DNA of 64,000 nt from Mantamonas sphyraenae STR306 (Eukaryota; Protista; CRuMs), in NCBI GenBank assembly GCA_026936335.1, contig JAPMXV010000002.1:375803-439802 (forward strand), given 5' to 3'. A program made the position numbers and the translations under genes. Shown here one piece after another: positions 47,701-56,876 of the stretch. The notes beneath the pieces were generated by a model. It saw nothing but the letters and a program-made list of their open reading frames with translations. It did not search any database and had not been told where the DNA came from. Each line of letters begins with the position of its first letter. Within the stretch, counting starts at the first letter, position 1.

Positions 47701-49689
47701 ATGGGCTTGGGAGATCACGAATGGTTGGAATTGTTGCAGAGCGGGGACCATAGGCAGATTGTGGAAGCTTTGGAGGGTCAAGGAAGGGTGAGTGGGCGCG
47801 GGAGGGAGCCGGGAGGGAAGGAGATTTTCTGCTGAAGGCCTGCGCGTGTGTTGACACGCCACACACAGGAATTGGAGCTACTGGAAATCGGTCTGGGAGG
47901 CAAGGAAGCGGTGGCACTTGCCAAGGCACTGGCGGAGAACCGGAATGTGCAGGCATTGAACCTCGGCGACAATATCCTCGGCGACGACGGAGCAGCAGCA
48001 CTTGGCAAGGCGCTGGCTGAGAACAGCAAGTTGCAGACACTGGACCTCGGTGGCAACAGTATCGGGCCAGAAGGAGCAGCAGCACTGGCTCAGGGACTGG
48101 GTGCAAACTCCAGCTTGCAGACACTGATCCTCAACAGGAACAACATCGGGGCAGAAGGAGCAGCGGCCCTGGCGCAGGCACTGGGCCAGAGCAGCAACAC
48201 ATTGCAGACGCTGGACCTTTATAGGAACAGCATCGGGGCGGAAGGAGCAGCCGCGCTTGCGCAGGCACTGGGTCGGACTAGCAGCTTGCACACCCTCGAC
48301 CTCAACAACAACGGCATTGGGGCGGAAGGAGCAGCAGCCCTGGCGCAGGGACTCAATGAGAGCACCAGCTTGCAGACACTGGACGTAAGCATCAACGGCA
48401 TCGGGTCAGAAGGAGCAGCAGCGCTGGTGCAGGGACTGAGTGAGCGCAGCAGCTTGCAGAACTTGAACCTCAGCTTCAACAGGATTGGGACAGAGGGAGC
48501 AGACGCAGTTGCGCAGGCTGTGAGGGTGGTCAGTAGCTTGCAGACCCTGGACCTCAGCTACAACAGCATTGAGTCCGAAGGAGCAGCAGTGCTGGCGCAG
48601 GCGCTGAGCGAGAGCCCAAGCCTGCAGAGTCTGAACCTCGGCAACAACGGTATTGGGGCAGAAGGTGCAGCAGCGCTGGCGCAGGCTCTGAGCGTGAATC
48701 CCAGCTTGCAGAGACTGATCCTCGAGAGCAACGGCACAGGTGATGAGGGAGCCGTAGCACTGGCGCAGGTACTCAGTGACAACAGCACCTTGCACACGCT
48801 GGATCTCAGTCACAACAACATTGGGGACAAAGGAGCAGCAGCGCTGGCGCGAGCATTGAGTGAGAACCGCCGCTTGCAGACACTGGTCCTTCGCAGCAAC
48901 ATCATCGGTGAAGAGGGAGCAGCGGCACTGGGTGAGGCACTGAGTGAGAACAGCAGCGTGCAGACACTGAACCTCGGCGGCAACGACCTCGGTGAAGAAG
49001 GCACGGCGGCACTGGCGCAGGGACTGGCAGAGAGCCGCACCTTGCAGACTCTGAACCTCAGCTGGAACAGCATCGGGGCTAAAGGAGCAGCAGCGCTGGC
49101 CCAGAGCCTGCGTGTGAGCAACAGCTTGCAGACATTGAATCTTGGCTCCAATGACCTCGGTGACGAAGGGGCAGCAGCACTGACGCTGGCAATGGAAGTC
49201 AATCGGTCGTGCTGGAAAATCGAGGGCGTTGCCAATGACGCGTTGCAGTCGCTGATAGAGAGGAACATGGAGAAGCATGTGGAGTTTGTAGAGTGTGGGG
49301 ATGTGGAGAAGATGAGGGAATTGAGGGAGTGGGGTGTGCCTGTGGACACGTTTGCAGGGGATGGAGGGGCGGAGACTGCGCTGGAACGGGGTGCAAAGGG
49401 AGGGGACGAGATGGTTGTGGAGGTGTTGCGGGCGTGGGGAGCGACGCCGAGGATGGAGACGGTGGAGCTGGTGAGGGAGGCAGGATGGAGGAAGGCGTGG
49501 CATTGGATCGGGTGGGGTGTGGAGGTGGATGAGGCGATGGAGGTGGCATTGGTGATGAACGGGGAGGAGAGGGAGGTGATGTTTGCGTGTGGAGGGATGG
49601 AGGCGTATGAACCGAGTGCAGAGTGGATGACACTGCCAGATGAGGTGGTCGAGAGGGTGATTGGGTGCGTGGGAAAGGCGTGGGAATGA
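47701..49689 (+). CDS. LRR(16)-ankyrin protein with C-terminal F-box-like tail; intron 47788-47868
   Basis: Tandem paralogue; upstream spacer duplicated from 45506-45693. Confidence 0.88.
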
Positions 49690-50413
49690 AGGCCGGTTCA
49701 GGTAGCGGGAGGTGGGTCTTTGCGGTTGGAGAGGGTGATGGATGGGATGCGCTACCCTTGTGGACGGAGCTGGTGGTGTTCGTTCCCCGTCTCGTCGGGG
49801 TGAACGAACACTTTGCTTTTTGGACCAACCTGTGCGGGTGATTGGGAACGTGTGGGCGGCAGAGACGCTACCAGTGGGGTTGTGATGGATGAACGGGTCA
49901 TGCAAGGCGGTGCTTTGGTCTCTGTTGAGCCTCACGTGCAGCTACGAGATTTTCCTGACTCGAAGAGGTGGAGAAAAAGGAATGTTGTTCACATCTTGGG
50001 CCCGGATGATGGACCCCAAACATATGGAGTCAACCCGAAGGTGGCAGCCAAAAGCGCGACTCAACGAAGAACGAGGAGCAACTTGTCAGACAAGATTTTC
50101 CCTTTGGCGTCATGGGTGATTTGGTGGACAAGGGTGTACAGAGGGGTGTTCCTGGGTGCCGGAGGAGTGGGTTTGGAGTGTACAGCGTACAGGGAGAGTG
50201 CATTGGGAGAGAGATACGGAGCGTGGCGCGGAAAGACGCAACGCATCTTGGAATTGGGGAAAGAATCTCAGGGTGAGGTGGCTGGGTGGAGAACACATGG
50301 GTGGTGGGCTGTGGAGGGGAGGCGTGGAAGGGAGCGGTCGCTGTGGGAGGGGGAGTGGGCAGGTGGTGCGCACGACGCTCACAATGGAAAGCAGACACAG
50401 ATTGGGCACACAG

Positions 50414-51382
50414 ATGAATTACGATTGGATTGGTCTGCTTAATTCTGGTGACCATGCACAGATTTGTAGTGCACTGGAGGCAGCGGGAGAGGTGGGCTGC
50501 AGCTTGGAGTGATTTGCGGCACGTCAAGAAGCGAGTGTAGGGGCAACCGTGCCGAGTGTGCTGACACGTGGGCCACAGTGGTTGCGTATGGATGACGTGA
50601 TGCTGGGAGACGACGAGGTAGTTGCGCTGGCTGAGGCGCTTGGGAAGAACAGCAGTTTGAAAGTCCTCAAACTCTGGGAACACGCCATCGGGGACGAAGG
50701 AGCAGCAGCACTTGCGCAGGCGCTGAGAAAGAACAGCACGTTGCAAACGCTGGACCTCAGTTACAACAGCATTGGGGGCGTAGGAGCAGCAGCACTTGTC
50801 CAGGCACTCTGTGAGAATCGCAGCTTGCAGAAACTGGACCTCTGGAGCAACAGCATCGGGGACGAAGGAGTGGTTGTCTCAAAGGCAATCAAAGGCAATC
50901 GGTCGTGCTGGAAGATCGAGGGCGTTTTCGATGGCACGTTGGCGACAGTGTTGGAGAGAAACAAGAAGCAGCACGTGGAGTTTGTGGATTGTGGGGATGT
51001 GGAAAGGATGAGAGAGTTGAGGGAGTGGGGTGTGCCTTTGGACACATTTGCAGGCAACTTTGGGACGGTGACTGCGCTGGAGCGAGCAGTGAAGCGAGGG
51101 GATGACGAGGTTGTGGAGGTGTTGCGGGCGTGGGGAGCGGAGCCGAGGATGGAGACGGTGGAGCTGGTGAGGGAGGCAGGATGGAGGAGGGCGTGGCATT
51201 GGATCGGGTGGGGTGTGGAGGTGGATGAGGCGATGGAGGTGGCGCTGGTGATGAATGGTGAGGAGAGGGAGGTGATGTTTGCGTGTGGAGGGATGGAGGC
51301 GTATGAACCGAGTGCAGAGTGGATGACACTGCCAGATGAGGTGATGGAGAGGGTGATTGGGTGGGTGGGGAAGGGACGGTGA
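50414..51382 (+). CDS. LRR(4)-ankyrin protein with C-terminal F-box-like tail; intron 50492-50578
   Basis: Exon 1 MNYDWIGLLNSGDHAQICSALEAAGE|GT; same tail. Confidence 0.82.
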
Positions 51383-51460
51383 GTGGGGAGGGTCGCTGTG
51401 GCGAGGTCAGGGGAGACGAGGAAGCGAGAGAGAGCTGAAACACGTCACACACTTTTGCAA

Positions 51461-52951
51461 TCACACCCACCACACGTCGCTCTGCCACACGCAATCGAAC
51501 GAGTCTTCCTCATCCAAGTTGATCTCATCCTCCCCTCCCTCCAAGGACAGCACCAGCAGCATGTTCACTTCTCGCACATTCTCCTGCGGCAATCCAGCGA
51601 GCTTCACGATCGTCGACAGCTCGTACCGTGTCTCCAGCTCGACAACTCCCAATGTGTGCGATCCCATCACCTGCCTGTTATCGTCCATAAGCACCACGTA
51701 CATGGCCATCGAGTCACATTCGCTCTGAAACACCAGCGTTGCGTTGTCATTCAACGCCAGCAGACAGCTCTCCTCCTCTCCCTTTGCCATCGCCACAGCT
51801 TCACCATCATTCACAGCCACACAAAGATCATCCTGCTCGCTTTCACCCATGCAAAGGCCAAACACGTGTTCCAACTCCTTGCCAAGGCCAGGAAGCGAAG
51901 CGGGACCCATGTTGATGTCCAGCACCGCCTCTTTGTCCTCTTCCACACGCAAGTGTTCCACACGGCCCATCGTGTCGCATTCCACCTTCCACACGCGCTT
52001 GCGCTCATCGCCTTCGTTAGCCTCCTTGATCAGCGTCCCAGCCTTGTCCAGGTTCTCTTCCACCTCCTGTACGGCCCAAGGAAAATTGGCGTGCAGCCGC
52101 TCCCGCCTGCTCTCGAACCATGCTCGGTACCTCTCCACGTACACGGTCATCACCTCCCACAGGGTCCCCGGTTGTGTTCCAATCATGAAAACGTGTTCTG
52201 CACCTGGATTCACCACCACGTGGCGCCTGCCGCCAACCTTGGCCAGTTCGTCCGAATTCAGCCACTGCACAACGAAGCGACCCGCCTCTCCGCGCCCGTC
52301 CATCTCATCTCTGGACTCCAACCTCTCCAAAGCACTTTGGTAGCACTCCACACACCAGGCCAGACCCTCTTCCTTGCGCGTGGAAGCACAGTCCTTGTTC
52401 TCCTGACACGTTTCGCCGAACCAGGGGCTCCCAAGCGCGTTCCATGTGCCCTCGCGGTCGCTCAGATCGAGACAGTGTTTGTGCACGGCGTTCCTGAGCT
52501 CGTTGTCCACCGTTCCATGGTGCGCGTGTGCTTTGTTGCGGAAATCTTTCAGCGAGCGGAGATACTGCACAGTATCCTGGTTGCCAGCGTACGCCTGCTC
52601 GAGAAGAAGGAGGGTGGCTGCAAGGTCCAACTTGCGTGGGTCCTTGGCTTGTTCCTTGCTCATGGGCGCCATTTCTTTCCAGCCTCTGTTGGCCGTGTGG
52701 ACCTCCTTCAGCGCTTTCAGCAAGGTGCTGTTGTTTCCCCAGGTCACACGCCATTCTTCGCCGTCAAGTTCCAGCAAGCTGAACAGCTGAGGCCACAGCA
52801 CAGCTCGGTGAGCGATGTTGACGGCTGCGGAGCAAACGGCCGCGTTGGCCACCAATTCCTTCAGAAGAAAGACCTCCACGGCCTCGTCATCCCCTACCTG
52901 CAAGGTCGGACGGGATGGAGGGTGTTGGTCGATGTCTTCCAGTGTGGACAT
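51461..52951 (-). CDS. Hypothetical protein with N-terminal HEPN-like (Swt1/DZIP3-like) domain
   Basis: KLDLAATLLLL...LRSLKDFRNKAHAH fits the Rx4-6H HEPN motif context; 497-codon ORF. Confidence 0.6.
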   Translation of the reverse strand: MSTLEDIDQHPPSRPTLQVGDDEAVEVFLLKELVANAAVCSAAVNIAHRAVLWPQLFSLLELDGEEWRVTWGNNSTLLKALKEVHTANRGWKEMAPMSKEQAKDPRKLDLAATLLLLEQAYAGNQDTVQYLRSLKDFRNKAHAHHGTVDNELRNAVHKHCLDLSDREGTWNALGSPWFGETCQENKDCASTRKEEGLAWCVECYQSALERLESRDEMDGRGEAGRFVVQWLNSDELAKVGGRRHVVVNPGAEHVFMIGTQPGTLWEVMTVYVERYRAWFESRRERLHANFPWAVQEVEENLDKAGTLIKEANEGDERKRVWKVECDTMGRVEHLRVEEDKEAVLDINMGPASLPGLGKELEHVFGLCMGESEQDDLCVAVNDGEAVAMAKGEEESCLLALNDNATLVFQSECDSMAMYVVLMDDNRQVMGSHTLGVVELETRYELSTIVKLAGLPQENVREVNMLLVLSLEGGEDEINLDEEDSFDCVWQSDVWWV

Positions 52952-52998
52952 GTGCGTTGGGTTGCGTCGGCTGGCGCTCGCACAGACACGCAAAACAC

Positions 52999-55114
52999 AT
53001 GTCCCAAACAGAAGCGACTGTGGAAAACGATAAGGGCAAGTGTGAGGATGATCCATGTCCACAGAAGGAAAGAATGGTGGTCTGTGTGGCAGTGAGAGGC
53101 CACCACGGACAAAAGGAGGACGATTCTGAAAAGGCCAAAAAGCAAACCGATGGGATGAAGAACAGCGTGGAAATGGTCCAAGAGGCCGTATTCAACTCGC
53201 GTGTACTCAAGGCACTGAATGGATCGAAGGACGTAGTTGTCCACGATGAGGTGACGACGAAAGAGGGTCTCCGGAACGAGCTGGCCGCGTTGAAGGAACT
53301 GGCCAACTTGCGCGGCGGAAACCTGTTGATTGTGATGTATATCATTGCGCATGGGGAGACGGAGACAAGCAGCTTCTTGCTGGATAAGGGCGAGGTAGGA
53401 GAGTGAGAGGAACGAGACGGAGACGGGGACGCACAGCCAGCCCTATACTGACTGCTTAGGGCTTGGACCCACACCCAATCACACACAGTATGTGGAAAAC
53501 AGTGTCCTGGACCAGTTTCGAATGGAGGTGACCCGCAACGGAGACGTTGACGCAGCCGATTTTCTCTACCTGCGCGACTCGTGCTACACCGGGACCCAAG
53601 ACTTTGGGATGAACACCACACAGCGCGGAGATGCGTTTGCGGAACTTCCAGATCCTTTCAACACGGTAGGGGACTATCGTGAAGACAGGAACGTGCTGTA
53701 CTTGTGTGGGAGCTCGCACCTGCGAAAGGTCAAGCTGAGGGAAGAGGGAGGAGATGGCTTGGCGACCACGTTTGCCCACGCACTGAAGAAACACTTTCCC
53801 GGAAGTAGTGGCAAGGTCGATGTGGATGGCACGGATTGGGCACCAGACAAGGAACACCGACAACGCTGCCTGCGACGAAACTGGCGGCAACTGACACGGA
53901 AGATGGCCACGGAAGCACTGTCGGTGTCATCGGACGACCGAATTTCAGGATGCCTGAGAGTATGTGGGTATGGATACTCGACGACGCTGAGCGACCACTT
54001 GCCGTGCCTGTTGGTGCTGCACGACAGCGACGACAAGGTGATTTGTGACGGTGGATGGTTGGCAGGAGTGTGCGAGGATCAGGTGTACACTCTGTTCAGT
54101 GCAGACAAGGATCGACACACACAGGACAACCGCTCAAAGTGGCTGGGGGTGGTGGTGGCTGTGGAGCGATGGACGTGCACCCTCAGGGTGATTGCTGAAG
54201 ATGAAAACGGCGATGAAGCTGCAAGTGTGGACAAGAAATGGTGGCAGGCAGTGGACATTGGGTGCGTCCACGGAAAGGCAGTGCTGGCAAGCGCCTCACT
54301 GCAGCATCTGATCGACGCAGGTTTGAACGAAAATCAGGTGGCCAAACAGAAGTGGGCGGCACCTGAAGTGCAGGTACTGACAGCGGAGGGTGAAGGGCAG
54401 GACGGATGTCGATTGATGACTCTGACCATGAACGTGGAAATGGATGACCGCGACTGGCCGTTGTCAACGGTGCAGACGGGAGCGGTCACGTTTCCCCTGT
54501 GTGCAACCGTGGATGAAGGAGCCGTGACACCGAGTGTGCTGAAGATGCTTCGCTATCGCGCGTTGTTGAAGCAGCAGGGCTCCTGGGAAAAGAGCGGAGT
54601 TGTGGTCTCTGTGGAGGAGACGGTCTCGGGCAGCGTCCACACAGATGCGGGTTCGTCGTCGCAAAGTATCAGCGACAGCGACAGCAAGGGAGGAACTGAG
54701 TATGAAGCGCGCATCACAGTGGCGAGTCATTCGCACAAGGTGGTTGTGGCTGTGCTTGCGTTTTCGCACGTGATGGGCATCCATTGGCTGACAAGAGATG
54801 TGCACACGGTGCCCGAGAAGCGTGAACTGACATTTGTGACGCGTGGAAGAGTGCCCGATGGGGAGTTGCCAGCCGAGTTTGTCAAAGTTTATGTGTGGGA
54901 GCATGGCAGCAGAAGCTTGGACGTGGCGCTGTACGCTGTGGAGCAGGAGGGGACGATGCTCAGTGTGGACGGCCATAAGTGGGGTGAGGTGGTGGAAAAG
55001 AAAGGGGAACGTAGCGTTGAGGAGTCGATGGCAACACATGTGGTTGTGCTGGGCGGAAAGGCGACGGAGGAGCCAACCAAAGAGAGCAGCAACCCAGAGA
55101 GCAGCAGCCCATGA
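52999..55114 (+). CDS. Caspase-like (peptidase C14, metacaspase/orthocaspase-type) protease with long C-terminal extension; intron 53395-53488
   Basis: GMKNSVEM...TTKEGLRNELAAL...YIIAHG (His)|...LYLRDSCYTG (Cys)...VLYLCGS...ATTFAHAL; a phase-0 intron joins the two halves. Confidence 0.72.
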
Positions 55115-56379
55115 GCACGAGAGGGAACAGTGATGAAATGGACACGTCACTTCCGCCCAGGTTGGATGTGATGGATTTTGTGTTTGCGGGGGTGGCCGGC
55201 AGGGACACGGGCATAGACACCGCAAAGACGTTGGTGATGGACACGTTTCGACGACGGGTGCTCGTGCCCTTTGCCCTGCAGTACGTGGAGGCAGATGACC
55301 AAGGGACAGGCTCAAGCAGCTCCAGCGACGCTGGCGGCGAAGAGGGGAGCAGAGAGGGACTGGCAAGCGGGTGGCCAGCTGGGCAGAAGCTGAGCACAAC
55401 GATGAAGGTGAAGGGGCACCCTGCAGGGTACACCGTGAAACAGGCGTTCAACAACAAGAAGAAGCGGGCGGAATCGTGGGAACCGGACGAACTGGATCTG
55501 CTCCTGCCGTTGAAGATTCTGAAGAACGCCCTCGCGTACCACGAGAAACCGTGTGAGTGTGCAACATGTGCGATGTACTGTCCAGGAGAGGGGTGTCGCA
55601 CGAGAGTTTGCAGTTCGAAGACCCATTGGGACGAGGGGCGACACAATGACGTGAAGTGCAAATACTGCACAGTTCACTACAGGCACTCAGAGCAGGATGG
55701 AGAGTGTACAAAGGTTGTGTGCAGGGAAAATGCTCCACGAAAACCATCCAAGGAGTGCAGTGGTTCGGAGGACTGTGGGAATTGCCATTGCGGCTGGCAA
55801 GGAGAAGAAAACACCGACGACGGGCCACCGCAGTTTTCAATTGTGATGTGGCTCGCTGTGGAAGATGGAAGGCATGTGGAACACGGCCACGTCGGATACG
55901 ACCATGTGAAGGAACACGAGGGAACGTTGATTGAGGCTATGCGAGCGTGTTGCAAGGCGACTTTGGAGATCGAGGACTGCCAGGGCAATTGTCTCGCAGA
56001 GAGTGGCCCCGTGTGTCAGAGTTGCATGGGGAAGGAGTTTGATGCAGCGGAAAAGAGCCTGGAGCTGGTTTCCCTGGATGAATTGAAACAGGTGTTTGGG
56101 AGGCGGCATGAGAGCGAGGGCGGGACGTACAACGGTGGGCAGTCGTTGAAGGAAGCCATGCTTGTTCATCTGAGTGAGGTGGAGGGGCATGGAGCAGCCG
56201 AGCTGCGTGAGGTGATGGGGGCTGGGGAAGCAATGTCCGTGATTCGAGAGCTGGACGAGTTTGGGCGTGTGTTTCGGGTGCAGGTGCGTGCGGCGGAAGA
56301 AGGAATGGCCAACACAGCGGGTTTGCAGGATGGAAAGGGAGTGTGGCAGTGGGAAGGAGGAATGTGGGTGAGAAAGTGA
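55111..56379 (+). CDS. Hypothetical protein with central Cys/His-rich region
   Basis: 422-aa ORF with CECATCAMYC, CKYC, CGNCHC; first ATG overlaps the upstream stop (ATGA). Confidence 0.65.
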   Translation: MSTRGNSDEMDTSLPPRLDVMDFVFAGVAGRDTGIDTAKTLVMDTFRRRVLVPFALQYVEADDQGTGSSSSSDAGGEEGSREGLASGWPAGQKLSTTMKVKGHPAGYTVKQAFNNKKKRAESWEPDELDLLLPLKILKNALAYHEKPCECATCAMYCPGEGCRTRVCSSKTHWDEGRHNDVKCKYCTVHYRHSEQDGECTKVVCRENAPRKPSKECSGSEDCGNCHCGWQGEENTDDGPPQFSIVMWLAVEDGRHVEHGHVGYDHVKEHEGTLIEAMRACCKATLEIEDCQGNCLAESGPVCQSCMGKEFDAAEKSLELVSLDELKQVFGRRHESEGGTYNGGQSLKEAMLVHLSEVEGHGAAELREVMGAGEAMSVIRELDEFGRVFRVQVRAAEEGMANTAGLQDGKGVWQWEGGMWVRK

Positions 56380-56449
56380 GTGAGGAGTGTGCAGTCGTGC
56401 AGTGAAGTGAATGGATGAATCCGGGTGGCGTGTGTGTTCATTGATGGGG

Positions 56450-56638
56450 TCACGGGTGGATATCTGGGTCGATGTGTGGGTGTGAGGTGGACATGTGGGC
56501 ATAGGTGGCCGCACAGGTGCGGAAGCGGGCGGAGCAGCCGGTGCAGAGGTGGGTGCCGCAGGAGCAGCGCATGTGGGTGCGGATGGGGCTGTGCACTGCG
56601 TGGTGGGAGTTGCATGTGCGGCAGTGGACGGTCGTCAT
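56450..56638 (-). CDS. Small stand-alone IBR/RING2(Rcat)-like zinc-finger protein
   Basis: CRTC...THMRCSCGTHLCTGC...F...YAHMSTSH resembles the RBR ligase C-terminal finger. Confidence 0.45.
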   Translation of the reverse strand: MTTVHCRTCNSHHAVHSPIRTHMRCSCGTHLCTGCSARFRTCAATYAHMSTSHPHIDPDIHP

Positions 56639-56876
56639 TCGGGTGGTTCAGTTGGGCGTGGGTGGGCGGTGCAGTGGCGGGCGGATTTTGGGTGTGTGAC
56701 TGCACAGGAATGGGAAGGGTGGGCGGTGGTTGGGTGGGGGGGGGGGGGGGGGGGAGGTGGGTTTGTGTTTCTGGTGGGGATTGGTGTTTGGTTGGGAACA
56801 GTGTGGTGTGGAAGACGGAAGGGATGGTTGGGGTTGGTGCACTTGGGCAGCCAACGACGTGGGTTTGTTTTTGAGG

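Noticed and set aside
49813-50442. 209-aa ORF between LRR genes
   Set aside because: Non-ATG start, no motifs, and it overlaps the start of the next gene.
51383-53095. 570-aa plus-strand ORF and similar long antisense ORFs (8053-9612, 18835-20391, 26947-28467, 61128-62669)
   Set aside because: GC-rich antisense shadows of better-supported genes.
51461-56379. Gasdermin or amyloid-motif effector next to the caspase and NLR
   Set aside because: No recognisable gasdermin strand pattern or RHIM/HRAM-like motif by eye; structure prediction would be needed to exclude it.
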